The notes below the pieces were generated by a model that worked only from the letters and a program-made list of their open reading frames with translations, did not search any database and was not told the origin of the DNA. This document shows, one piece after another, positions 47,445 to 58,900 of a DNA stretch of 64,000 nt. Position 1 is the first letter of the stretch. Each line of letters begins with the position of its first letter. The translations under genes and the position numbers were made by a program. The stretch comes from Prorocentrum cordatum (taxonomy: Eukaryota), in contig CAUYUJ010000114.1 of NCBI GenBank assembly GCA_963575745.1, positions 62,001 to 126,000 on the forward strand, written 5' to 3'.

Positions 47445-47700
47445 GCAAGAATGTTTACACATGAAGGGCGGGCCGCTTCCAAAATGTGGCTCTCGCCTCA
47501 GCCGCGCACATTCGTTGCAGGAAGTTGCGAGAGCTTCACGGATTGAGGGCGGGCCGTTGTCTAGAGTGGCTCCCGCCTTAGCGACACGCACAATTATATT
47601 AAACATGTGCATGAGACTCACAGACGGAGGGCGGCTCCTTTTAAAATGTGACGTTCGGCTTAACGTCGCGCAAATTCGATGTCAAATCCGCAGACACTGT
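47445..47700. repeat. Diverged ~80-bp tandem repeat; homologous array at 51035-51290
   Basis: Shared core gagggcgg..aaaatgtgg.tctcgcct..gccgcgcacattc. Confidence 0.7.
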
Positions 47701-47761
47701 CGGCGTGTGGAAGATGCTTTTCCGTTCGTCGTGAACGTCGTCGTCGTCGTCGTCGTCGCCG

Positions 47762-47807
<46 letters not shown>

Positions 47808-47879
47808 CGTCGTCGTCGTCGATGCTCTTCCGTTCGTCGTCGTCGTCGTCGTCGTCGCCCTCCCCTCAGGCGCGCCAGC

Positions 47880-48640
47880 CAAAGCGAAACCAAAGCGAAA
47901 TCGAGCAACGTCGTAGCTGAGTCGAAGGCAAAGCGAAATTGAACAACGTCGTAGCTGAGTCGAAGGGGAGCCCCTTCCCTTTGATCCCTTCCCCGCCGGG
48001 GGCGGGGGGGGTCCCGAGGGGGGTCCCCGGGGAAGGGGGGGGGGCAGATACGCCTCCTCCCCGGGATGTCCCAGGACCTAGAGAAGCCCCCAGACTGGCC
48101 AAGAGTGCCCCAAGAGGCTTCCAAGGCGGCTCCAGAGGGCCCCGAATCGCCGAACCATCGGTCGAAGACGCCAAAGTAGGCTCCAGACGGCCCAAGAGAT
48201 TGCCAAGACGCTCCAAGAAGTCTCCAAGAGCACTCCCAAGAGGGCACGAAGAGGGACAAATCAATGATTACCTGAAAGTTTTTGACAGATTTTGGCGTTC
48301 TCGCCGTTTCAACTTGCTGACGCTCCAAGACGGCCCCAGATGCCCCCAAGATTGCCCCAAGATAGCCCAAGAGGCCTCAAGAGAACCCCACAATGACCCA
48401 AGAGAGCATCAAGACCGCCCAAGATGCCTCCAAGATGGCCCCAGAGGCTCCCTAAACGGCTCCAACAGGAGCCCAGACGGGGGGCCCGACGAGCCCTCGG
48501 CGACAGAGGCTCCCAGGAAGCCCCAAGATGCCCCCAAGAGGCCACCACGAGACCCCCAAGAGGCCCCCAGGAAGCCCCAAGAGGCCCCCCCCGCCACATT
48601 AGAGAACGCATGGGTCGCCCTCCAGGGTCGGCGGCACCGG
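47880..48640. repeat. Dispersed repeat rich in CCCCAAGA/CTCCAAGA words; related inverted stretches at about 54480-55720 and 62480-63150
   Basis: Begins with a duplicated aaagcgaaat.ga.caacgtcgtagctgagtcgaagg, followed by short-word repeats. Confidence 0.6.
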
Positions 48641-48739
48641 CCGCAAGGCCTTCGCGATATTGCAAGAGTGTCTGGGAACCTCATGGTTGGCGCGCCAGAA
48701 ACGGCGCCTTGGAACGATTCAGGCTTGTTTGGGCACCAT

Positions 48740-48920
48740 AATTACGTCGACTCGCGGTGCTGAAGTCCCAGGAACGGTGTTCGCTCACGATCCAGGATCG
48801 TCAGTACGCAACAGTCATGTTGATTCGTGGCGCCGAAATCTCAAAAATAGTGCTCTGGCACGCTTCAGGTTCTTCCAATGGTCGTCTCCAACGGAGCACT
48901 TCCCTCGGTGAAAGTGAATC
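48740..48920. repeat. Dispersed repeat, diverged copy at about 51350-51530
   Basis: Shared gactcgcg.tgct..cacgat.caggatcgtc..acgcaacag...gttgattc..ctggcacg..gcacttccctc.gtgaaa.tgaa. Confidence 0.75.
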
Positions 48921-49033
48921 CTTGCAGGTGCTCACAAAGCAGCCTGCAGGTGACAGAAGGGAACACCAAACGTCGCCAGCATATATGTAAGACGGCCAAC
49001 GCCAGTGCTACGGCATAAAACTATTTAGCACAT

Positions 49034-50160
49034 CTAAAGTTCCGGCGAAGGTCCGCGATGGCTATGAGCTCCATCAAAGCCGAACCGAAAGAAGCGGGCA
49101 ACATCAGTGAGTACGTACATTACAAAAAAAACAAGAAAAACATATGTCATCCGCATAGGCCAACTGAGACTCGCTGCGAACTGGTGCCTCATCCGGGCAA
49201 GTAATGGGTCAACTGCCAGCACAAAGAGGAAATTCGAGGCAGGACCCCCCTGTTTGACACCATATTCAATGGGAATGGACTGGATGCGCTGACCCCCAAC
49301 AGTGATGATAGCGGTGTTGGATGCATACATCATGGCACAACACTGGATGAGGTGAGAAGAGATGCCCATGGCGCACAACACGAAAAAAAAACAGCAATGC
49401 GCTAAACTCGGGAAGGCATCAGCGAAGCTGGTGAGCAGCAATGCTGAGTGCTTTTCGACACTCATGAACCTCCTCATCCCCCATGCCTCCGCCTTCACAA
49501 CGTTCTCAAAAATATCTCTCCCCGTCACACTCATCTGTTCAGCACCAACAAGCGAAGCAGTGTTCGCAACGATGGGCAAGATGCAAGCCGCGACCATCAG
49601 TTTGCCATCGGTGCTCCCCAAGCTTAGCGGGCGATTGGCGCTAGCTTCGCGGACAAGAGCCTCGCCAGGAATATCGGAAGGGTCCGTCCCCTTGGGGGGA
49701 AACACCATCAAACTGCACAGCATGTCTTCTGGGAGCGAGTGGAAGTTTCCGTCAAAGAGGGAGAGGTAGCAAGAGTAGAGCACCCGAGATGCACTCGGAT
49801 GCTTCCAAACAGCGTAAGGTATACCATCAGGCCCAGGGGTACTGTGGGTCCGACCCAACACCATTTCACCCCAGCAGGGGTACTCCAGACGCCATTCCTG
49901 GTTAAGAGGGCCGTCGAGGGCCTTGATGTGATGGGCGATGTCGTTCCAGCGGGAGGAGTCCACGTCGGAGGGGGCAAACACAGAGGCCCAGTGATCACCA
50001 AGAAGCTGAGCGGATTCTTCAGAGGAGCCAGTAGGGGACCCATCAGAGGCCTTGACCGCGCACAGGACCGCTCGTTTGCGAAACTTTTGCCAGAGACGCT
50101 TACACGATGGCGGAGGCGAGCAGCCATAGCGCGTTTAACATCATCTGCAACACGTGAGGA
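49034..50160 (-). mobile_element. Non-LTR (LINE) reverse transcriptase fragment
   Basis: TPGPDGIPY, PKG, NRPLSLGSTDGK, FADAFPSL, GVKQGGPAS..LFVLAVDPL, and AYADDI in a shifted frame at about 49142-49160. Confidence 0.92.
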
Positions 50161-50176
50161 TTGAATCATTGGTAGT

Positions 50177-50391
50177 GGCCTCCCAAATGGCGTCCGAATA
50201 GACGGGGTCGGAGAGTCGCGCCGCATCGCCGATACATCACCAGTGCAACGGCGATGCATTAGCGAAATCGGCGATGTGTCGGTAACCTCGGCGTGGAGAA
50301 CGCAGGGCCCCACATCGGGCCGCATCGCCGATGCATCAGCGATGCGGCGCGATCCCCTGATCCCATCTGCCCGGACCCCATTTGGGAGGCC
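50177..50391. mobile_element. MITE-like element with ~57-bp imperfect terminal inverted repeats
   Basis: The left end ggcctcccaaatggcgtccg..tcgcgccgcatcgccgat is complementary to the right end atcagcgatgcggcgcgat..cggaccccatttgggaggcc. No clear TSD. Confidence 0.8.
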
Positions 50392-51866
50392 TAGATGCCT
50401 TCTGCTTCACCGACCCTCTGCGGGCACTTCGTCTGGTTCGTCATCAGCAACGAGCAGAGGATGTACAGCAGCGCGGACAGCGGCGCCTCCAGCTCAACCA
50501 GCGCGGGCTGCGCCCCGCCCGCGCCCGCGCCCGGCGCGGCGGCCGCCGCGGCCGAGCCCGCCGTGCGGCGCATGTCGCGCGGGCGCGCGCGCGCGCGCGC
50601 CCGCGGGGACGACACGCGCAGGTCGAAGGGGCCACGCGGCCGCAGCCGCGGCCGCGGGCGCAACCGAGCGAAGGCGCCGCCCGCGCGGCTGCGCGGTCGC
50701 GCGGGCGCGCGGTCGCGGACCTCGCGGTCGGGCGCGGGCGCGTGGCCACCCGGCGGCCACGCGCGCGCTCGCCCGCGCGAGAGGTGGCGCGATCGCTGCG
50801 CGCTGGGCGCGAAAGAGCGGGTGTGGGGCGGTGCAAGCGGCCTTCGCAGAACCCTCCAATCCTTCCCAAGATGCCACCCCCCTCCTCATCCCCCTCCTCT
50901 TCCTCATCAATTACATTCAAATGAATAAGCGCAAGTCTTTCCAGTCGCACCCCGAGACGTGTCGGCAGGACGGGCCAGGTGTTTCGCCTGAGATCTCATC
51001 ACCAACTATGATCATTACGCTGATCATTTGCAACAGTATCACGGATGGACGGCGGGTGCTTGCAAAATGTGGTTCTCGCCTTGGCGCCGCGCACATTCAC
51101 CTTTGAAGTTTGCAAGAGTTTCACGGGTGGAGGGCGAGCCGTTTTCAAATGTGGACCTCATCATCTCAACGCGCACATTCGATTAAACGTTTGCCAAGGA
51201 TGGAGGGCGGTGCGTTTCCAACATGTGGCAGTCGTCTTAGCGCCGCGCACATTCGTCTCAAGAGTGTACAACAGTGTCCAGGAAGGATTATCATGGCTGA
51301 CGTCCAAGAAATCATAGTCGGGCACGATGTAGGACTGTCAGGGCGCAACACGTACGGTGACTCGCGATGCTTCAGGACATGTGTTCGGGCACGATTCAGG
51401 ATCGTCGCGACGCAACAGCAACGTTGATTCACAGCGTCGAAGTCCAAAAAATGATGATCTGGCACGTTTCGGGATTTGCGAGCGGCTGTCTTCCAATGGG
51501 GCACTTCCCTCCGTGAAAATGAAACCTCGAGGGAGGGCCGTTGCCAGCCGCAGCGCCAGCGCCAGGGCCAGCGAAGTGTCCCTTGACCCTCCTGCTGCAC
51601 CGCCACGTCCACATATGCTGGATGTCCTACCTTGGCTCCCTGGGAGGCGGCAGGCATCAATGCTTCTCCGCCGCAGGGGCTGGCGGGCATTCACATTCAC
51701 CACTCCCATGGGGGCCCCAGGGCACGAAAGCGGATCCAAGGCTGTGGATGTGGATGTGCCCCAGCGGCAGGGCAGGGCATTTTTGATACATGGCCTGCAC
51801 CATACTTGGGACTGCACACGAGTCGGCATACCGTGCAAAAGTACAACTCCCAGCCTTGCAAAATCA

Positions 51867-52170
51867 GAAGGAGGGGGAGGAGGAGGAGGAGGAGGAGGAG
51901 GAGGAGGAGGAGGAGGAGGAGGAAGAGGAGGAGGAGGACGAGGAGGAGGAGGAGGAGGAGGAGGGAGAGGAAGAGGAGGAGGAGGAGGAGGAGGGGGGGA
52001 GGAGGAAAAGATTGAGAGGAAAAGGAGTAGAAGCAGGAGGGCCTCAGGAGGGGGAGGGAGGAGGGGAGTGGAGGTGGAGGGGGAGAAGGGAAACGAAGAT
52101 GCGGAGGAACAAGATGAAGTGGGGAGAGGGGAGGGCGCCGACGACGACGACGACGACGACGACGACGGCG
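51867..52170. repeat. (GGA)n microsatellite and purine tract
   Basis: Direct read. Confidence 0.9.
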
Positions 52171-52862
52171 ATGTACAGGAAAAAACGAGGAGCAGGAAAG
52201 AAGGTGGAAGTGTAATGGAATTGGTGAGGGAGAAGGAGTAGGAGCGGGAGGACGGGAGATGAGGCGGAGGGAAGGGAAGCGTGGATGGGGGACGGAGGCC
52301 TGGGAACGACGAACGACGAGGGGGAAGGGACTGGCCACCCTCAGTCTCAAGGCCGACACGGGAAAGGAGAAACGAAGAGGAGCTGCCGAGGGAGAAGACT
52401 GGGAGGGGGATCGTGGGCGGGAAACATACCCGTGTGCACGGCCTTCGGGTCCGGGCTCTCCAGCCACGACAGCCCACGGATACGGGGCGGCTCTGCGCGC
52501 ACGCCCCGCGCGAAGCGCACGTCTACGGCGCCGCGCACCCGTGGGATCGCTGCCTCGGTGCACAGATCGCGAGGGCACGGCTGCGAATATGGTCGCCGCT
52601 CGCGAGGCCGGGAGGCGGAGGAAACGAAGAAACAGCCAGCAGGCTGCCCCGAGGCTCCGAGCCGACAGGCCGCCCTCGTCGCCGCGGCGCCCGCTCACTG
52701 CGACTCCAGGTCGAGGGCCTCCACGCGGGACGTGACGCAGCCTGAGGGGGGACGCCAGCTGTATCCCATGCGCCGATCCCTGGCCAGGCCCGTCCTGGGC
52801 GGGTCGGTCGGTGCATGCGACCTCCTGGTCGGGCCAGGGAGGCATACGCACCGATCCTGAGC

Positions 52863-53828
52863 TCAGGATCCGCCAGGCCAGGATCGGTGCAGGTATACAG
52901 TTGGCGCCCTCCGACAGCCCATGAGGCAGTTCAGCTCGAACTCCAGGTAGAAGTGGCCGCCGAGGTACGCCATGTCGCCCAGCGCGATCCTTGTCACGGT
53001 GTAAACCTCGCGGCCCCTGATCACGTGGAAATTGTCCCCGTGCCCCGGGGTGTCGAGGATGTAGCCCTGCCCGGACTTGACGATGTCGCCGAACTGCGTG
53101 TGCACCTCCATGAGCCTGGTGGGGGAGCTGGGCGGAGCCGTCAGCCCGTCGACCAGATCGGTCAAGGTGGCGACGCCGTCCCAAGCAGCGTTGATGCCCT
53201 CCATCATGTACATGGCCTCGGCCCAAGTGATCTGCACGACGGGGTAGGCCAACCGCAGCGTGCGAGAAATGCTGATGTCGCTTTCCTCGGCGATCGCGTT
53301 CAACTCCGCAACCGTCTTGAACTTCATCATGACGCCCGCGTCCGCGACCGGATCGCAGATCTTCCAGGACAGGTTGCTCGTGCTGGCGAGGTTGTTCCAC
53401 CCGCCCAGCTGGAAGCCCATGATGTTGGTGGCGTAATCGCCACCGTTCAGGGTGTCGCAATCGTTCGACACGTAGCACCACTGGGAAGCGGCCAGAGGGT
53501 CAGCTGGGAAATTGTTCGCCGGGTGGAGGTTATCATCAGCTGTGCTCGTCGCCAACAGGTCAACGTTGACGCAGGAGTTGTTCTTCAGGTTTTTGAAATA
53601 GTCGTTGCACACCTTGTGCGGCAGGCCGGCGATGGGCTCGGTGGCGGCGTACGCGGCGCTGAAGCCGTACTTGGAGAGGAAGTGAAGCTCCTTGCCTCGG
53701 CCGCAGGCGGCCAGCTGGTCGTAATACACACCTGCCCACTGCAGGCATTCGCAGGAACCCCGCCTCTTGGTGTCGAGGGCCCGCGCGAACGCAAGGCAGG
53801 CCAGCACAGATGCCAACTTGGAATACAT
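52863..53828 (-). CDS. Intronless 321-aa secreted Cys-rich protein of unknown function
   Basis: Signal-peptide-like MYSKLASVLACLAFARA; CECLQW, CGRGKE, WCYVSNDC, SWKIC; strong GC3 codon bias. Confidence 0.85.
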   Translation of the reverse strand: MYSKLASVLACLAFARALDTKRRGSCECLQWAGVYYDQLAACGRGKELHFLSKYGFSAAYAATEPIAGLPHKVCNDYFKNLKNNSCVNVDLLATSTADDNLHPANNFPADPLAASQWCYVSNDCDTLNGGDYATNIMGFQLGGWNNLASTSNLSWKICDPVADAGVMMKFKTVAELNAIAEESDISISRTLRLAYPVVQITWAEAMYMMEGINAAWDGVATLTDLVDGLTAPPSSPTRLMEVHTQFGDIVKSGQGYILDTPGHGDNFHVIRGREVYTVTRIALGDMAYLGGHFYLEFELNCLMGCRRAPTVYLHRSWPGGS

Positions 53829-53923
53829 GGTCGTGGGTTTGACTCAAAAGCTTTGACAGCACGCGCAGTGCTAAACCGAGATGTGCAGTGCTAAACCGAG
53901 ATGTGCAGTATCCAAAGGGTCAG

Positions 53924-53938
53924 CTTCAGCCAAAAACG
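53924..53938 (-). other. Partial relict spliced leader upstream of the secreted-protein gene
   Basis: Minus strand reads cgtttttggctgaag; 11/12 match to the DinoSL 3' end TTTTGGCTCAAG. Confidence 0.5.
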
Positions 53939-55719
53939 AATGAAAGCACGGCAAGCAGTCCGTTCAGCCATGACCCCCACGATACTCTAGACAGGCAGGG
54001 CATGGGCCACAAGTAAGGGGAACGGACTTGGGCAGTGTTGAACCATTATGAACGTGCAAATCATCATCTAAGCACGATGATCTGGTCCAACGGGTCAAGA
54101 GCGCGTGAGACATCAGGTGACCATCCTGCATGTCAGACCCAGGCCAGCACGAGAACTGAAAGAGCGCTTCAGGAACTTACCCGGGAGGGCTCCTGGCACC
54201 GTTTGCTCCTGGGAGCCTTGGCGTGCAGAGCTGATTACGTAACCGTTCGTTCTTGGGAGGCTTGATGTGAAAACATGTTTACATCGGCGTTCACTCTCAG
54301 GAGCCTTGGAACTGAGCGCTGCTTACGTCCCATCTCGCTCTTTGGAACCATGGCGTTAAGAGCAGGTTGCGTCACCGCTCGCTCTTGGGAGCCTTGGCGT
54401 TAAGAGCTTTCTGCGCCACTGATCGTTCTTCGGACCCGAGGCGTTTGGCAGCTTCTAACGTCACCGACTCGTGTGAAAAAGGCTTCCCGAGCAACCTGCC
54501 GAGCCTATTGGGCCGTCTTGGGCCGTCGGAAGCCCGAAAAAGGCGAGAACCTACAGAATCTGCCATAACCTTCGGAACATCTATGTAAGTTTGGCCTCCT
54601 GAGGCCCTCTGGAGGGTCCTCGTCAGGGCCTTTCAGGCCGTCTTGGGTCCTCCTGGACCGACTTGAAGTCACCTAAGACTATCTTCGAACGCGCTTGGCT
54701 GGTCTTGGGCTCGCTCGGAGCACTCTTGGCCCGTCTTGGAACCCTCCTGGACCTCCCTTGGGCCGTCTTCGCGAAATCCTAAGCCGTCTTGGCCGCTTTG
54801 GGGCCTCTCTCGGGACATCCAAGTAGGGCGTGCTACGTCCGTCCCCTTTTCTTCGCCCCTCCCTGGCAACCATCCCTCGATGGCAATTCGCCCCACCAGA
54901 ACGCCATCACTCGCATCGATGCCGCTATTCCGTGGACCTCTCCTGAGGCGCGCTCTGGCCAAGATCTCCAGACAAATCCTGGCGACGAGAGCCTTCCAGG
55001 AGGCCCATACAAGCGAAAACTCAGCCAGCGGTAGCAGTACCTCGCTCTTTCTGCCACCTGGGCCCCGCGCGCGAGACGAACCCCCTGGGGGGATCTTTGG
55101 CCAAACAGGCAACGTCCGAATGGTTCCTTCTTTGCGGCCCTGAGACGCCCCCGTGGCCGCTCTGAAACGCCCCCTGAAACCATCCAGAACCGCCCGAAAT
55201 CGGCCCGAGGCCGCCCGGAGAGGACAGAAAACAGGCCCCCGAGACGGTGCCCAAAACCTCGCGGACAGCCCGAAGTCCGCCCAAGGCAGCCCCACGATTC
55301 CTCACAGGCCGCCCACAGGCCCCAGCCCAATTCGAACAGGCACTGGTTGGTGTCAAAAAATGTTCCCAAGACATCGTTCGGCACACCACTGGGCGCAAGT
55401 GGCTCCAACTCTTCCAAGACCCTTCGGAAGGGTCGAACCCTCCCCCGCGCCCCAATTCGCAGCACTTCACCCCACGCCTGTGGGCTGAGTGTGGCTTATA
55501 ATCTGGCGCGGCGGCCGCCCTGGTCAACCGCAGAGAGAAGGACGAGGCACAGACTCAACTCCTTCTTGGACGGGGCATTGGATTCAAGGCTTGAGGGGGC
55601 CCCGTGGGGCTCGTGTGGGGCTATTTGGGGTGTTCCTCAGGCCCTAGTGTGGCTCTGTTTGGGTTATTTCGGAGCTGTCGTGGAGTTTTGTTGGCGCTTG
55701 TTGGAGCCTGAGGAGTTCT

Positions 55720-55990
55720 CGATCTGAGACCTCCTAGAACGGAAGTCCAGGCGGTCGGTGCCATAAGACAGGATAAGGTATACCGAGACAGATCTGTTAG
55801 TTTTTCACAACGCGGCGATAATGAGTTCGCAACTGCCTTCTACGAGTCAAGGCGCCCTGAGGAAAGATCAGAGCTTCCAGTGGCAGCGGGTATGCACGGA
55901 CGTGTCTGAAGCCCACACAACAAAATAGAAGCTCTGCCAGTACCTCTCCATTGCTGAGACTGCATGCAACGTCATCGGCCCCATACTGTG
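55720..55990 (-). repeat. 3' LTR candidate
   Basis: Collinear with 62140-62410 (acctcctag..gtccaggcgg..taaggtata..ggcgccct..aaagatcagagc..tccattgctgagac.gcatgcaa.gtca..catactg). Confidence 0.75.
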
Positions 55991-58900
55991 CGAAGAAAGC
56001 TGGTGGTGCACATCGAAAACTCGACATGAGCATGACAGCCAAAAGAAAACCCGCCATCACAGTAGCTTCAACACTTGATCATTGACTCGGCAAAAGACGC
56101 CGTGCTATCGCAGACTATGCCAACAAAAACTTGGACCTGCCGAGACTGCTTGGAAAATGAAAGCAGCCCTGAAAACTGAGACGAGTGCCAGCGTAAGCTC
56201 AGCTACGGCGACTCCGCTGCACGGCGTTCCACACGTCCAGAACACGACGGCGCAGAAGAGCATCGCGCGGGCCCTGGCCACTCAGCAGCCAGGTGCAAGG
56301 AATCCGGCAGGTCAATCACGTGAGCCAACAACTGACGGCGTTGCGGCCTGGCCTGAGGACGCGGCCCTGGACCGCGCATTGGCAGACCTTCTGCCCCGCA
56401 ACTTTGGGCGCAGCTCCGGCAGTGGCATTGGGTTTTGCGAACGGCGTCGGCGGCGAGTGAGAACCTGCTCCTTCCTTCTCTGGTGAAACTCCGCGCGGAC
56501 TGTCCGCGCGCGCCCCCGCAGGCGCAGCCGCGGTCTTGGCCGACGACACACGGTCGGCCACAGCTGGCGCGGGCAACGCCCGGGGCGCAACCGAGCTGCA
56601 ACTAAACCAGATCAGCGCCGCCACGATCAAGAAAGCCGCCACTAAGTAAGAGAAGATACCGAGTTGGCCCGCGAACTCCGTCTCCTGCTCGTCGCGGTAT
56701 TGGTCGTAGTAGTCATAATAATGGTGGTGGCCGTCGTTGTCTCACATCGCCGCACCACCGCTAATGTGATCCATCGCCATCGAACCCCCAACCTGAGATG
56801 CCGCAGTCATCGTAGCTACGGCCCGGGATGCCGCTTTCCTCTGCAGGCGGTTGGACGCCCTGTCGGCGCAGCGACGGCGGCGACCGCGGCACTTGAATGG
56901 GTGGCCCGAAGAACCGCGACCATCATCAACCGTTTTATCACATCCCTCGAGCGCGCACTCCATCTGAGCGTCATTCCCCCTCCTCCTCTGCAGCGTTCGC
57001 GCCGTCGACAGCAAAGCCAACAACGCGGTCGAGCCCCATCTCGGCGTCGCGATTGGTCTTGGCGCTGAGCTTCATCCCCGCAGCGCACGTCGGGTCAAAC
57101 TCGATCGCGCGGCAGCCGCGCAGGATGGTCCCAACGAAAGCCTGACGGGCCGCAACCCCGGCCAGGCCGTCGGCCAGCTGCTGCAGGGCGTCCGGCCAGC
57201 GAAATACGCCGAAAAGGGCCTTCGCACGCTGCGTGGTTACATTCACCTACAGCGCCGCGCGTCGCTCCTTGAATCCCCACTCCTTCGCTGAGAGACAAGC
57301 TGGCGTCGCACGAACTTCGAATCGACCGCTATCACAGACCCCCCCCAACTGGCGCCTGGTAGCCTCGCCCACGATAGCTTGCGCAGAGTCAACCATACAG
57401 CCCACGAAAGAAAACTCTGGCCCACTCGAGCGCGCCCACGGCGCCAGCTGCTGCCTGAGCCTCAGAAGGGAGGCTGCCCCGAGCCAGTCGCCCAACCTAC
57501 GCGAAGCCCAATCGAAAATTACAAGCTCCAGAGCGCAGCCCTCGATGATAGACATCTCACTGGCAGAAAGATCAGGCAGCCGCGCTGCGAGCTCATGCAT
57601 GGCCGAGTAGTCCACGAAACATCCGAGTAGACTTCAAGACGACACCGAATGGTCGGGCCAACGCCCTCGAAATGAAGGTTCGAACTGGCATGCTGCCAAC
57701 CAAATCGCAAAGTCTTGTTCGCGTAGAGCATGTCCTGAATATCGGGATGACCGCCTGCATCCTGGCCAAAAGAAACGCTCGCCGAGAGAAAGACCACTCT
57801 CTGGGCAGCTGGTCGCTGTAGCGCTCGAGAGCAAGATCGCAGCGTTCGATGGCCGGCAGGCACGCGCGCCTCCATGGGCGCATACCTCATTGATATGTCG
57901 ATCGTGATGGGCCTTGTGGATGTACTCCTTCATCGAAAGGTCGCCCGCGTTTAACGGCGGACTCGGGGTGGCATGGCATCCGCATAACACGAAATCCTTA
58001 CCAGCGCTCCAACTGCTGAAACGGAAGCCTCGCCCTCGCATGGCTCGACGCCTCGCTGAGACGCGATGCCTTCACCACCTCCGATCAAGTCGTCCACGCG
58101 AGTCCAGAGACTGCATCAACTATCAGCCACTGAGAGTTGTGCATGAAGGCGTCGCAGTCACTTCCCTGGTCCGTGGCCAAGCATGTCGACATGCACACGC
58201 AGTTGTCCAGAGGGCGTGAAACAAAGTGCCGATATGCCAAAGCGCTGTCGGCCATCGCCCACCATTCTTTCGGCGCTCGAACATCTCCGAAGGCTGGCTT
58301 CCTCGCCAGCAAAGTCCCGCCAGACTGGAAAAAAAAACACCCTTCCCAATCCCTTCTCACATCTGCGCCGGGCACTCCGTAAACTCGGCAGTCGACGCCC
58401 CCGCTCCGCAATACAGCTGACTTGACATTCGCCGAGGACACCTGCCACTTTCGCGCAACGCAGAACTGGGAAGCAAATTCATGCCCACGTCTACGTGCTT
58501 GAGGCCCTGCAGAATGACCCGCGCGTCGGCCTTGTGCCCGTCTGTTTCCTGCTTTCCACGCGAGTAAGTATCTCATGGGCACGAACTCGTCGGGGTCGGC
58601 GGCGCCCGCGCGCACTCGTTCCCACGTGCGATTACCGATCCAAGGCGGAAGTGCCTCGCCCTCGGCTTTGCTGAACAGCTCGCGCCCCTCGCGCCCAGGC
58701 GATGTCCAACGCGTCGTCTCCGCGCGGCGCGATGCCGAATCGATGTATATTCACACTCTTCGCCGCGCTCCTCCAGCGGCAGCAGCTCTTCGATCATCAG
58801 GGCGCGCCGCGGGCGCGGCATTCGGCTCGAGGCTCTCAAAATTAATCTTCTTATCTGGTGGCAGTCCGCCCAACCTCCGAGCTGCAATGAACCGGTCGAG

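Noticed and set aside
51338..53894. Long overlapping ORFs 51697..53481, 52815..53894 and 51338..52477
   Set aside because: They are shadow frames of the GC3-biased 321-aa gene and of (GGA)n repeats.
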